Assembly (NCBI RefSeq): GCF_009834535.1
Contig: NC_045697.1
Location: 72,728,001-72,792,000, forward strand
Reading direction: 5' to 3'
DNA from: Camelus ferus
Lineage: Eukaryota
Length of the DNA stretch: 64,000 nt
This document shows, one piece after another, positions 1 through 13,441 of this stretch. Both the position numbers and the translations under genes were made by a program. The notes below the pieces were generated by a model, which was given only the letters and a program-made list of their open reading frames with translations, searched no databases and had not been told where the DNA came from. Every line of letters starts with the position of its first letter. Within the stretch, counting starts at the first letter, position 1.

Positions 1-479
1 AAATAAGCATTTTATTCTTACCCTCAAACTCACCTTTCTAATAGAGGCAATCTAAAGTCCAATCAAAGCTAAAAATCCACATCCTTATTCTTTTTTTTTT
101 TTCATAAGGCTGTGTCTTAAAGGGCTTTGGTCTCTCAACAACTTTCTCTATGTTATGTCTTACTGTTTGGTTTCTGCAAATGATCAGGTTTTCTAGTTCT
201 TCATGGCTCCAGATTTGTGAACTCTATTCCCTTGCAAGTCAGAAAACTCTCTCCTGGGCTTATCTGTTTCTCATAATAGTAACAGTTAGCTGCCCTTGTA
301 TGATGGTAGCCAGTACACACTATTTCTTTTATTTTCTGTAACCATTTTCCATTATGTATAAGGCTCATTGTTTTTTTAGCCTCTGACAACAGTTTCCTCA
401 CCACTCAAAATCTAGCTGCTCAGTTAATGACATGTATGTAAGGATTTCTTAAGGAAACATCTCATTTCAAAGTGCCAAT

Positions 480-720
480 TACTATATTAGTCAGAGTAAG
501 CTAATTGTTGCCAAAAAAAAAAAAAGTCAATGTGCAAACCTCCGTGGTTTAATATGCTTATTTTCTACTCACATATCAGTCTAACTGGATGTTTGGTGGG
601 TGACCGTTCCTGTGATAATAGAGGAGATCAGATTCATTTCTGTGGCACTGCCATCGTCAATGTGTGGCACATGTAGAATGGGAAGAGAATGTGGAAGATT
701 GTATGTGGCCAATGGATCAT
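480..720 (-). mobile_element. Old MaLR LTR fragment (MLT1J/K-like)
   Basis: tattagtcag start and ttattttctactcac motif resemble old MLT1 in antisense; highly diverged. Confidence 0.35.
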
Positions 721-2432
721 TTTTATTAATGCCTCTATATTATAAAAGGTCTAAAATGATAAATATCAAGTGTTTCTCTGTGGGGGTAGCTTTATGAGTA
801 TCTTAAAATTTCTTTCTTTTTTTGCTTCTTTAGTTTTTCAAGACTCCTAGAGGAAACATTATATCAAGGAAAACATTATAATTGAGTAATGCCTCAGAAA
901 TAAAGGAGTACATTTTACCATATGAGCTAAGCATTAAATACAAAACTGGTTAGAAAGGTCATCTGGAAACACCTTTTGACTATTTGGATATTTTAGAATA
1001 AAAGTTGTTCATGTAACTCTTCACTACTACAGAAGTTTACCTCATTGACCTTCAAGCTATAAAAAGGGTCATTGGAAAATATTAACAGTATTAAAGCCTT
1101 TTATTATTGTCCTTATGTGTCTTTGCAGATCAGGTATTTACTTATCTGCCAGGTGCACTCTTGAACCCTTTGTTTCTATGTTTCTTAGAGAGACTTCATT
1201 CTTGGTTCACTTCAATTAAAGAAGTACTTAATGCCCAGTGTAAGCTTATTACAAGGAGGATTAAAGTAAAAGCTTAAGACATGTATCTTCTCCTGAAAAC
1301 CCACACAAAATGAACACTGTAGTGAAGGGTAGTGAAGAAGGAAAGTACCCAAGTATGAAAAATCATAATGAGCATATTAGCATTTAAATGGAAAGTTACA
1401 GGTGTGGAAGAATTCTCCTGTGTTAAGATTTTAAAACATGTGTTCTTGATTCCCTCTTTTCACTTGGCCTCACATCTCTCAAATTTTATTTTTATTGTTA
1501 ACATACAAAAATGGGGAACCCCATTCAGTGAAAACAGGAGGAATCAGTTTACACTTTGGCAGGTATTGAGCAAGTTTTGTTGTTTTTAGTATCTGTCAGG
1601 GTGGACATTATCTTTTGTGACGTGCTTCTTATCACAGAGTGTAGCAGAAGCAGGAAATGATCTGATGTATTTATTATGTTTTGTGTAGGAACATGGGAGG
1701 AAGCAAGAGACCTTGCAAGTGTGATTAGAATTGCCCCCAGTCTCTTGTTTCATTTCTTCTGAGGGGCTGTGCTTGTCCTGTTATCTGGGGGAGACCAGGG
1801 TGGGCTTTGACCCAGATCTAAACTCAGAAAGGGAGATTGAGCTGTAAGAAAGGGGAGGAAGTCCAGTAAGGAGAGAAATCTCCAGGATGGTGAACATATT
1901 ATACTTAATAAATATTTTTTTGTTTCAAATACTTATTAGAAGTGCTAAGTCTAGTAGGAGATTTTACATGTATATGGATTTTAAGTAGAGATGGATGCAT
2001 GATCTTTTTATGTCAGTTATATCTGAATGTAAATATGGATGAAACTATTAAGATAAAGTAACAAATGTGGGAATAAACCTTGAGTAATTCCATAATAAGG
2101 TATCTGACTGTAAAATTAATTTAGCTATTTGCTGGTCAAATCAAGCCTCTTATATTTGCAGTTTACATGTAGTATAAGTTTCTCACCATGAAATTGGAAA
2201 CATATGACAGGTAACTCTCGTCCTTACAGCAGTTTTACAATGGAATGCCTATCTATTAAGAAAATAACAGAAAATAATGTTACAGATTATGACTTGAACA
2301 CTGAGACTATTTCAGCTAGCTACACAGATACCTGTTTCATGGCGTTATAGCTTTTCCCCTAGCAATAAAAAATGTCTTCAACACATACATTATACACCTC
2401 TCTCTTTGACTTGTATTACTGAAGCCTATGAA

Positions 2433-2588
2433 TCAGTAGTTCTAAACTTGTTTTTAGATCAAGAACTCTTTGAGAATGTGATGAAAGTAATGCGGTCCCT
2501 CTTTAGGAATACATAAATTTTTATAGAAAATTTCTTATAGATCTTTCCCAGGAGCCTCTTTCAGACTCTAAATTAGAAAACTCTACTC
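2433..2588. mobile_element. hAT-Charlie-type non-autonomous DNA transposon
   Basis: cagtagttctaaact start and ctttgagaatgtgatgaaag core, typical of MER5-related MITEs. Confidence 0.5.
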
Positions 2589-2771
2589 TCAATCATGGTT
2601 TTTCTTGCTGGTTTTTGAAAGGTCTGGGGAAAACTATAGCCTTCAGTGTTGCCCAGATTCACCCATGGCATTCCTTGTTCCTCTCTTGGCGCTGTTTACT
2701 GCAAACAACGTGGAGGTGGAAAGGAAATATTGAATTTGAGGCTGCATTTCTCTCTGGAGTAAGAATAGAAA

Positions 2772-2870
2772 ATCATTTACTTATCCATCCGTTAAACAAA
2801 CATTTAGTAGATAATTATTATACAAAAAAGCGCTTTTGTTGGGACTAGGGGACATATGATATATAAGATA
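2772..2870 (-). mobile_element. L2 3' end fragment
   Basis: catttacttatccatccgttaaacaaacatttagtag resembles the antisense L2 tail. Confidence 0.45.
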
Positions 2871-3563
2871 ATCAAACCACAAGAAGAAACCCAGAAGTAT
2901 TATTCATACTATTAGTGTATTTAAAAACCAGATATTATAAATATAGAAATATATATTATATAAACCAAACTGAACACAACTGAATATTATAAAGATAGAA
3001 TTATGTTAGTTACATTTATTTACACTGGGTAGCATGTTGTATGCAGAAATGCTTCATAAATTTTAAAATGTCCTTCAAATGTTTTTATTTTTAGTCTTGA
3101 TATTGGGAAACCAAAGCTAATGAAGATCATAGTAAGTAAAAGAAACAAGAGACTTCCACATAGGAAATAGGATTCGCAAACTCAGAGAGATCCCAAAACA
3201 AACTTGAGCTAAGGCAGAAAAATAAATCAATTATGGAGTTGTTAACTACAAGACTTAACAGATGCTTTCTGAATAATAGCATAAGTTGATATTTAGCAGA
3301 TGTCTATTCAAATATAAAGCTTAAGAAAGCCAGTTATAAAACTGAAGTTGAAAAATACAGTGTAGCTGCAGAATATAGGTGGGTCTATGCTCATTTATTT
3401 CATGAAAATAACTATCCAGGGAAAAATAGGCCAAAACTTCCAGAAACTGTTACACATGGGAAAATGTGTTATGGTAGATTTTCTAAGAAAAGCATTAAAG
3501 ACCTAATCTTGATAGCCACAGGGGAACTAACAGAAAGAACACTCAAATTAGTTACAGGAAATA

Positions 3564-4006
3564 TGTATTTCTGTAAGTTTCCTTGGGCTGCCATAGCAAA
3601 TTACTACAAGCTTGTTGACATGAAACAACGGAAATTTAATCTTTCCCAGTTCTGGAGGCTAGAAATCCAGAATCAAGAGCTTGGTAGAGCCCCGTCCCTC
3701 TGATGGCTCCAGGGAAGAATCCTTACTTGTCTCTTTCTAGCTCCTGGTGGCTCCCAGCAATTGTTCCTGGTCCTTGACTGGTAGCCCCATCACTCCAGTC
3801 TCTGCCTCCATCTTCACATGGCCGACTTTGTGTCTTTGTGTCTTCTCCTTTTCTCTCTTTTTATAAGAGGCCCATGATAATCTGGGATGATTTCATCTTG
3901 AGATCCTACCTTACTTGTAACTGCAAAGATCTTTATTCCAAATAAGGTCACATTCTGAGGTTTCATGTGGATATAAATTTTGGGGACCAGTGTTCAACTC
4001 ACTATA
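3564..4006 (-). mobile_element. MaLR solo LTR (MLT1C-like)
   Basis: cagttctggaggctagaaatcc, ccaaataaggtcacattctgagg and other MLT1 motifs in antisense. Confidence 0.85.
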
Positions 4007-4439
4007 CTGCACCACTGATAAAAAAACAAAAAACATTTTTTTTTATTAATTGACCTCTGGAAAGAGAGAACAAATATTTTATTATTTTAAAACTCAGAAG
4101 TTATTCCTATAAATTGGCCCACCTGAGGATTATGTGAAAGTGAAATCACACATTTTCCTATCCTATAAAAACTTCAAAATCTTGTCATAAAATAATTAAT
4201 GCACAAAGGCAAGGGATATCTGGATAGACCCTAACACTGATCAAATGTATGCTTATGATTATTGATAGACCTTTCCAGTTGAACTCACTGTGCTGTAATT
4301 GAACAGATTATCTAAATCCATTTATGTTATTGGGAATATCATATAGCCATAGTGACTGAATCTTTAAAGCAATCTTTAAGACTTGCTTTACTATAAAATG
4401 TGACTCCTTTTGTTGTTGTTGTTGTTTAGGTGGGCTAAA

Positions 4440-4908
4440 TTGTATGATCAAGATATTGTTATATTGCAGTGACAGAAACCCGAAAGTAGTTTAAAAATGT
4501 GAATTCACTGAATCATACATGTAACCAAGAATTCCAAGAGGGTAAGATTGTCGTTAAAAACACTGTAGATTCAAATAATGTTATTTTTTCCTATTCAGTC
4601 TCTCTGGCCCATCTCTCCTTCATCACTTGGTCCTGTTTCTATTGGTGTGTTGGCAACCTACAATAGACAGGCTTTCTTCATGTGGTGAGGGAAATGATGG
4701 CATAGCCACAGAGAGGTTCAAAATTATATTATTCCAGTTTAGTGACCCATGACTGAGAAAAGAGATGGCACCCATTTATACAATTTCACAGAATGATTCT
4801 GATTGGCCTGGATTATGTCACCCATTAATTTTCAGGTCAATTACATGTCAAAGGGATGGGATATTTTGTCAGACTATGCTTGCAACATGTGTTACTGTCT
4901 TTGGGGGT
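4440..4908 (-). mobile_element. Old MaLR LTR (MLT1J-like)
   Basis: gcagtgacagaaaccc, gacaggctttcttcatgtgg and ctgattggcctgg motifs. Confidence 0.55.
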
Positions 4909-5285
4909 TGTCGTAGTCACTTTGGGTTGCTGTAACAAAATACCATAGATTAAATGGCTTACAAACAACAGAAACTTACTTATTACACTTCTGGAGCCTG
5001 AAAGTCTTAGATTAGGGTATAAGTATAGTCAAATTCTGGTGAGGACCTTCTTCTGAGTTGCAGATTGCCAACTTCTCTATTCTCACATGGTGGAGAGCAG
5101 AGAGTGGAAGCAAGCTCTCTGGTGACTCTCATAAAACCATTAATTCCATTCATGAGGGCTCCACCCTTGTGGTCTCATCTAATCCTAATTGCCTCCCAAA
5201 GGCCCCACATTCTAATACCATCTCATTGCAGGATAGTGTCTCAACATAAAGGATTTGGTGGGACACAAGCATTTGATCCATAACA
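4909..5285 (-). mobile_element. MaLR solo LTR (MLT1A0-like)
   Basis: Full TG...CA element with gctgtaacaaaataccatag, catgagggctccaccct and cctcccaaaggccccac. Confidence 0.9.
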
Positions 5286-6666
5286 GGGTTTAGTGGAATG
5301 TCATGGCTGGAAATCTGTAGTCACAGAATAGAGTAAAACTAAGTCAGCCATATTGGGATTTAACATATGAAAGTGATAATGCCAGCTTTTCAATAGTAAC
5401 ATTGTACATTTTCTGTGTTGACCTTTGTGGAGATTCTCAAAGTTTTGATAATTAACTTTCCAAATGCATGTCTAAATAACTCTGCTTCTTTTTTTTTGAG
5501 AGACCCTGAACTAAAATCATTTTGCTTCCTCTAGCTTAGATGTGACTTTTGGAAGTACTTCCTTCTAAAACATTTTAAAACATTGCTGTTAAGAGTGGAT
5601 TAACTATGACATTTGGAAATGTCAGAGGTAATTTTGGCTATGGCAATATTGGCCAAAGCATCTCACCTATACAAAATATAATTTTGAGGGCTTGTGTGCT
5701 CATGACATTGCTAGATGTCTTTTCTTCATCTGTCCTCTTTCAGCAAATTGTTTTTAGAATACAAAGCAGTCTGAAGCAATCCACTCCTTACAAAGCAATT
5801 ATCATTAGAAAATGTCACTGCATAAATTGTAGGATAGAAGAGGCAAAGAGATGTGATTAGTGGCTGATTCAGAAGAGGAGAGCACACCTTAGTAGAGCAG
5901 AGTGCCAGGATCAGGAACTCATATCCTGTTTTTCACTTCTGTTGAACTAACCTTATTAGAGGAACTGAATTGAACGATGGAATGGTTGATAGGATTTTTC
6001 CAAAATTCCAGAGAGATTCAGTAGGAAGAGGAACACTTATAACATTTGTTTAAAAATAACTAATAGCTGGTATGCTTTCTTTTATGCAATTGATGCATTC
6101 TAGAATATAGATATGGATTGAATTAACTAGTAACTAATATTAACTGACTACTTCTAAAGACTAGGTTCTATGCCATGTCCTTTATAAATCTAGTATTTTA
6201 AAATACGCATAGAATGATTATATATGTATATATATATATGTATATATAACTCTTATTGTACATATATGGAATTCTGATGCAAGTTTTGTAAGTTTTCCAA
6301 ACTGACCTTGCTAAAGTGGAAATGAGATTCATACCCAGATCTATCTGACTCTGTTATACATTAGGCAGGCTTGCTAAGTTTTACATACGCCTATACTGGA
6401 TTCTTTTTTTAACACAGTCATGTTGTTATTCATGTGTAGTTCTTATACTCAATAAAATTACGTTGCATTGAAACCAATTGTTGACATAGATCATATGGGT
6501 AAATTTTGCCTTTCAATATAATCCAAGAGATGCAATGATAGCTGGTTGCTCGCTTCTTGCCTTTTTTCAAGGTCAACACTTCTTTGATCCAAGCCTGCAC
6601 TCTTAAATAAGAGGGAAGATGAGTTTTAAATGCTGCTCTAGAGATGTTTTAAAATTCCACTGGATT

Positions 6667-6753
6667 TAGGGTGACCAGATTTAACAAATAAAAATATAAC
6701 TACATTTGAACTGTTGTTTATATGAATTTCAAATCTTTTACCTGGCAACCCTA
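6667..6753. mobile_element. Internally deleted MER53-like hAT MITE
   Basis: Terminal inverted repeats tagggtgaccag...ctggcaacccta. Confidence 0.75.
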
Positions 6754-8539
6754 ATTTGAGTTTGCTTTTACTTTGCTTGAATTCTGTTTTCTCTATGAAA
6801 TATATTATAGAGTATGATATAGAGTATTATTTTGTTACTCTTAAACTTTCAGACTAGGCCTTCAAATGAGCTATACCTCTTTGAGATTTCAAGCGTCAAT
6901 ATGTTAAATTAATCATCATCCAGAATCTACTACCCTGATTTCCTATTTCTTGTTTCTTTTTTCTCTGGTTTGTACTCTGAATTAATTTTCCCACATAAGA
7001 CATGTACTGTTTTATTGCACTTTGGCAGTTATCCACAATACAGAAATCTAAAGCAGAAAAAGGAAGGCAGAATAGGAGAGAATAAGGCAAATTGGCAGGA
7101 GTTAAGTCTAGAGCTTCCTACTAGAGTAAGTAGCTTGTTGAAGAAAATGGGATTAGGTACTAGGACTAGCACATGAAGATAAAAGCTGATTGAGAAGGCC
7201 GAACACTGGAAAAACCGAGAGGTGGATGATGCAGAAGGTGAGCTGGTCATGTACCATAGCAGAGTGATTCTCTTGGAGCAGGGGTTTGGATAATCAGAGA
7301 TGGAGAATGAGAGATCAGGACTTCCTGCTGCTTTGTCCAGGAATGGCCTCTCTTAGTTCTAAAGGCACAACAACCCCTAGAAAGACATAAAGTTCTGCTG
7401 GAATACTGTGCCAACAATTGAGAGAAAAGCTCTTCATTCCCACCCACAAATATGCATTTGGTTAAGAACTGGCTCTTGCTAAAGGAGAGTCTGTTAACTT
7501 ATTTGAAGAACTATTCAGTGAAAATACCTAGGTCATAACTTAATTAGATACATATCCACTTGCAAGTACATCCAAGGAAGTAAGAAGCTCCAGAGGAAAC
7601 AATGTAACATGGTCTCATCTGTGAGACACATCCTGGCACAGACTCATGGGCAGCAGCATAGTGAGAATATAATGCTTGTCCCACCTCTGTGTCTTTGTGT
7701 GAGTTACACACAGACACAGGCATAGACACAGACACACACACTCAATTTTTGTCCAAAAACATCAATATTAAATACAAATTTAAATTTTCTTAGGTTCTTC
7801 TCATTTCCTGCTGGCCAACTTCCACATTCATCCATTTTCCCCTTTGGCACCAACTCTTGGTCCTTCTCTTATTTGCGTATTTATTCTGCCTCTTCTGGAC
7901 AGGCACATGCGTCTGGTGTCTCTGACTTCTCAAGAGATTTCAAACCTTGGGTGTTCATAAATTAAGTTGAGATAGATAATTTGGGGATATTATTCATAAC
8001 AAGAAAGACCATAAAATTAGAGTGTTGTAAGTCAGATTATGAGAGAGTCACCTACAATATGTTACTGCATGGGAATTCTGAGAATTTGAACAATAAAGTA
8101 TTATTTTAAAAAAATCTCAAAATCACCAAAATCCTTCCTTCTTACCAAACACATTGCTGGTTAAATAATCTTTATAGCTAGATCTTTAATTTTCTTACAT
8201 GAGCATTCTGTAAATTCCTTTAAAAATACATAAACATTGCACAATGCACTTTGAAAATCAACCACTAGAAAGTTAAGTGTAACTTAGCGTGGCTTATTCA
8301 CTGTGGCAGAATTTAATACTTTCTTTTTTGTGTGAAATATAAGGAGACTTTTTAGGAGGCTCATGCTGGAATGCGAATGCTCATGATCCTGTTAACTGCA
8401 GCTAGAGCAGGTGGAATAGCAAGCGTCCAGTCAAGATCCCCAGTGTTATGGACAAGGTTGTAAATTGTGACTTTTTCATATAAAACAGTGAAACACCTTT
8501 AGGTAAGTGTAGCGTTCCTAACCTGATTTTTAAAGTCAG

Positions 8540-8970
8540 TCATGATATGGTCCCTATTTATCTCTTATCTATATCTTTCTCCACTTTATACTTCTACTTT
8601 GTACCTCATCCACACTCATCCACTACTGATCTCCTTGCTGATTCTCAAATTTGAATTATTCTTTTTTCCATCTTGGCCTTCCTATGGTCTGTTTCTTTGA
8701 CAGAACAAGATTTCCCACTCCACATAACACCTACTTAACTTTCAGGATTCAGCTTTGCTATACACCCTCTCTGTTCTTATCCCTACATTAATTCCTTCTA
8801 TATTTCTATATATAATATCTTCTTATTATTATGCTGCTATTTTAAGAATATTTTCTATATTAATCTTTAACTGTGTTTTGAAAGCAAGTGCCTCTTATTC
8901 ATTGTTTATCTAGGGCCTATGAAATTTCCCAGATCACAGCAGGCACTCAAAAAATATTTGTTAAAATAAT
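8540..8970 (+). mobile_element. L2 3' region
   Basis: Ends cacagcaggcactcaaaaaatatttgtt, the L2 tail. Confidence 0.6.
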
Positions 8971-9626
8971 GGGGTATGCAAAGATAGGCAGACCCAGTTG
9001 CAGCTCTTTGGAGGATATGCTGTTGGTAGAAAGAGCATGATATTCAAGGGATACAATAATGTTATTAAAATCCTGACTCAATCAAAGGACTGGATGGAAG
9101 TAATGCAGTATGTGTTTTAAAAAGAGCCTTTCTCTGTCAAGATGCACATGATTGATTTGTAACTTTCATTTTATAAAATAAACACCTGGATAATTTTCCT
9201 GGATGATCTACCCCAAAACCTGATATGTTATTGATATGATTAATAATACTTTCATTTTGTCTGGGTAAATAATTTTTCTTGGAAAAGGCACAATGCTATA
9301 GGTGGAATGCATGAAGAGAAATTGAAGCTAGTAAAGTGAAACAAGGCAGTAATTTTCATATTTTATATGTGTATGTTGCTGTGAAATGAGTATTGAAAAA
9401 AACTTTTTTTGAAGAGATCTGTTACTTTCTTTTTCTCAAGTATCAATTATGCATTAGAGTTGACAGTACTATAATTTTAAAGTATTTTCTTTCTCTTTAA
9501 AATGCAAATTTATTCAGTAAAATATATATACTTTTAATAACTCATAAGCCAAATAATAAGGATGTCACTGAGACTAATAGGAACATAAACTCTGGGAGGT
9601 TAAAGGGACAGTAGTTATTAACTAGT

Positions 9627-10100
9627 TGTAGTAGACGCTTTTGGTTGTTTCCAACTAGTTCTTTCCCCACTCCCTATCTCCAAATAGGACACTGAATTCC
9701 TCAGCCAAGAGGATTTGCTGTAAATAATGCCATCGGCAAGTTGTTGAGCCCCAAATGGTCTAAATCATCGTCTTAACGCTATCTTCCTTGCGGAGTGCTT
9801 GGCTTGTTACCTAAGTTAATGGTTGGGAAAAGACAAGCTCAGCTATCCTCTGGAAGCTGACACACACAGATGTGGTACTTGGAATTCCCGAAACCATCTT
9901 CTACTATGATGGGAGCCAACCTGAAGGTAAAGCTGACACAGAAGAAGGCAGTAAGAAGACAAGTGGAGCCAGGGTTCTGATCAAATTATTCCTAAGGATT
10001 GCCTCACATTTGGAATTTTCAGTCATGAGAGCCAATGCATTCCAGTGTTGTAAATTTTAATCCATTTTATTTTAGTTCTGTGTTACCTGCAAATTGAAAA
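9627..10100 (+). mobile_element. Old MaLR LTR (MLT1J/K-like)
   Basis: tgtagtagac start; ttttcagtcatgagagccaat...tgttacctgcaa 3' end. Confidence 0.6.
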
Positions 10101-10214
10101 AAAAATCCTAAATAGTACCCTCTTCTAATGTTCTTCAAATGCTCTCTTTCCCTAAATGAAGAAATGTTTGATTCAGAACAGTTTAGTTTCTGTTGCTAAG
10201 GGTTTGGATCCATG

Positions 10215-10560
10215 ACTTCTGTTGAGCTCCTACTGTGTGCCAGATCTTCTGACTGGTTCTGTTTCTATAAAGATGTGTAAGACATACTCCTGCTTGCTCA
10301 GGTCCCATTTAGAGAATATACATGCATTAATTATGTTACAAGCTAAAACTGCTTATGATAGAGGCACAGAGTGATGTGGATGCATCAAAGAAGGTAACAG
10401 TTCTATTTGGGTTGATGGGAGGGGTAAAGATGTCTCAGATGAAGAAGCAGGGATAAGACCTTTCAGGAAGAGAGAACTTTCTTAACAAATTGAAAAGCTA
10501 TAAAAATGCACAGTGTATATGAGGATACCTAAATATACAGCCTGAGTGTACATGAGACAT
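10215..10560 (-). mobile_element. L2 fragment
   Basis: tgagctcctactgtgtgccag antisense L2 motif with purine-rich continuation. Confidence 0.5.
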
Positions 10561-10816
10561 ATGGTAGAGGAAGGGATAGGAAATGAGCTGAACATATACA
10601 TAATGTACACTATTGACTTAAAAAAATGCAGGAGATTTAGCGAAGTTCAAATTGTGCTTTTGTCTAAAGTATTCATTGTAGGTGTGTATGTAGATCAAAA
10701 TACATGTACTCCAAGGGAGCTACCTGTTTCTCTATGCATATGAAGAATCAATGTCATATTGTCTCTTTTTAGCAACAAATTAAGAATAATTTTGAAGAGA
10801 AATTTTCCATTTCCCA

Positions 10817-11170
10817 AAGCACCACATACTGGGTGGCTTAAACAACAGAAATATATTTTTTCACAATTCTGGAGGTTAGAATTCCAAGATCAAGGTGTTA
10901 GCAGAGTTAATTACTTCTGAGGAGTCTTTCTTTGGCTTATAGATAGATCTTCTCCCTGTGTCTTCACATGATCTTCCTCCTGTGCACGTTTGTATCCCAA
11001 GCTCCTTTTCTTGTAAGGGACACCAGTCATATTGGATTAGGTCCTACCTCAGTTACATCATTTTAACTTAATTACCTCTTTAAAGTCCCTGTCTCCAAAT
11101 ACTGTTATATTCTGAGGTAGTGGGAGTTAGGACTTCAACACATGAATTTTGGAAGGCAGTTCAGTAATAA
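10817..11170 (-). mobile_element. MaLR solo LTR (MLT1B-like)
   Basis: ctgggtggcttaaacaacagaaat, gacaccagtcatattggattag and gttaggacttcaaca. Confidence 0.9.
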
Positions 11171-12339
11171 TGCCCTGTAATTGCTTGTAAGCCTTTGAAG
11201 CTACCATGCAAAGAACACAGGGGAAACTTATTTGTCACATAAACTTTCTGAGAACGGGAGAACACCACCTGGACAGACACCTCAGTAGTGTCTCAAAAGG
11301 GAAAACCTTGAAATATAAAGTGGTCTGGCAGGGGTTGGTTAATAAATTTGTAAACTAGGCAAGTTGCTGGAACAATTAGTATTTTCTTTTGTTGTAACAC
11401 GGAATTCTATTATGAGTTGATGTTAAAAGTGTTAAAGCTTTTGAGCTTATGTTGTCTATGTTGCACATCATGGTTAGGTACAGTTTAACTGTTTTGATAG
11501 TCATAGTGAAGTTTTACTATCTGTATTTTACTATCCATGTTTTTCTGTTCTATTTCTGAGTGCCCCTCTTCACTTCTGGTCATTTTTTAGCCTAAGCTGA
11601 AGAAAAACTCATTGCCTTCTGGATATGTGATTGATATGGATCTGTATTGCTATTCAGTGGGTTTTGATTCATTTTCACGTATTCCAGTTTCAGGGTTTCT
11701 TGTTCTTTTTGTTGTAAGTCATCTGGCATGACAGTGGTGGCACTTGCTCACTACAGCACAAACACACACTAAGACAAATACTCTGATTAGAGTTTGTAAA
11801 GCAATATGAAGCCATGATTATAGACTTACAAATACAGGTCATAAAAACATGCCCTATAATTTATTTGAATCTTCCTTACGTAAGCAAGTAGATTTCCCTT
11901 TTACTTTGGGTGTTGATTTTTCAACTTTGCCAATGTCTGAAGATACAGTCCCAAATCTGGTGTCTATTAAGGACAAGGGTCTTGGGAGTAGCATGACTAA
12001 AGGATGGAAGTGGTTACTGGCAACTTAGAACCGTGAAATAGCAGAGAGGGGAGAAAGTAGCAAAGAGGTTAGGTCTAACTCTATCATTCATATGAGCACA
12101 AACTGGGCAAATCACTGAGTTTCTCTTATGGAGGAATATTATCTTCCAAAAGAAGAGATTTGCAAGAATGTTGAAACATTTTATAAAAACTCACTTCATC
12201 TTTAAAAGCACTAGACTGGTGTAAGTAAAGAAGATGCTGAATGGAATCATCTCTGTTAAATTGCTGCTTATGCCCAAAGTGATGTTGAAAAGTACTAAGT
12301 ATCTCACATTCTGATAAAAGCTGCCCTCAAGTCACTAAA

Positions 12340-13441
12340 AATTGGGATCAGGTACACCTCCCTAGGGCTTATCAGGGAGAAGGTCTAACCAGAGTCAATC
12401 ACCTGACCCTCATCCTCCATTTAACCACCCCCGTCCTTCCCCGAAACATTTAAGGTAAAGTCTGTGGAGGAGAAGGGGAAGATGCAAGAATACTCACTTC
12501 AGCAGAGAGTGCAGTACTTGTGGTGAGAGGTTGTTCCCTTCCATTTGGAAGCAAAGAGAATGGGCTGAGGGTCCAAGAGAAATTGCTGAATGTGATGCAG
12601 ATGCTTGTAAGAAAAAGGATCTGGTAGATCATCTCCTGGCTGTATCTCATTTGCTTAGGGAGTAGCCTGATTGATCTGCCCTTGTATCTATCTGATCAGG
12701 AGAACAGAATATTGAAGAAAGAAGAGAAGAAGCAGAACTGGATTGGCAAAAATGTGTGAGATTGGCAAAAATCTAGCGGATAATAGTCAGGCTCGAGTCC
12801 TTTTACCAGAAGTGCACCAAAGAGGGTTAACTACCAGGCTTTGGGTGGACGGCTGGGTGCAGGACTGAGAGTTAACTGAAGAAGGTGATCCAGAACTAGA
12901 TTTTATTTCAGAGGATTCTGCAATGGAGAGTCCCTGCAGGGCTTTTTTTCACATGCAACCCATGTAGGAGTCGGTGTGTGGACACTTGTCACAGAGGGAG
13001 AAGAAATAATCAGTGCCAGCCCAGGGCTTCAGTTACGTGTAGGGAGAGTTATATGATCTCATCCAGTTAAGTACAGGACATTTGAAATTTCCCAGGATTC
13101 TTCTACCTGTTCCAATAATGACTTCATTCAAACCTAGAAATGAAAAGGAGGGTGAGGAATGTTAAGACTCCACCACCCCTCTTTTCCATATAGCTCATAG
13201 GGTCACAGACCTATCATCATTGGAGGAAAGGGGAAGCTTGGAATTGGATATGATTTTGGAGTTTTAAAATGCACTAGACTGAGTCTGGATAACCAAAAGT
13301 GCCTGGAGAGCAATGAAGTATTTAAAATATAGTTAAAGAATAAGAAAGAGGGATTTGTCAGTGGATTTTTTAATCAGAAATTGGAAAAAAAAAGTTTCAT
13401 TTTTTAATACTGCAAAGAGTTAAGAATCAACACTGGTTGCA
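12340..13441. mobile_element. Probable ancient LTR (MamGypLTR/LTR78-like)
   Basis: About 1.1 kb purine-rich, GC-elevated block whose 3' part resembles old Gypsy-type mammalian LTRs; family uncertain. Confidence 0.3.
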
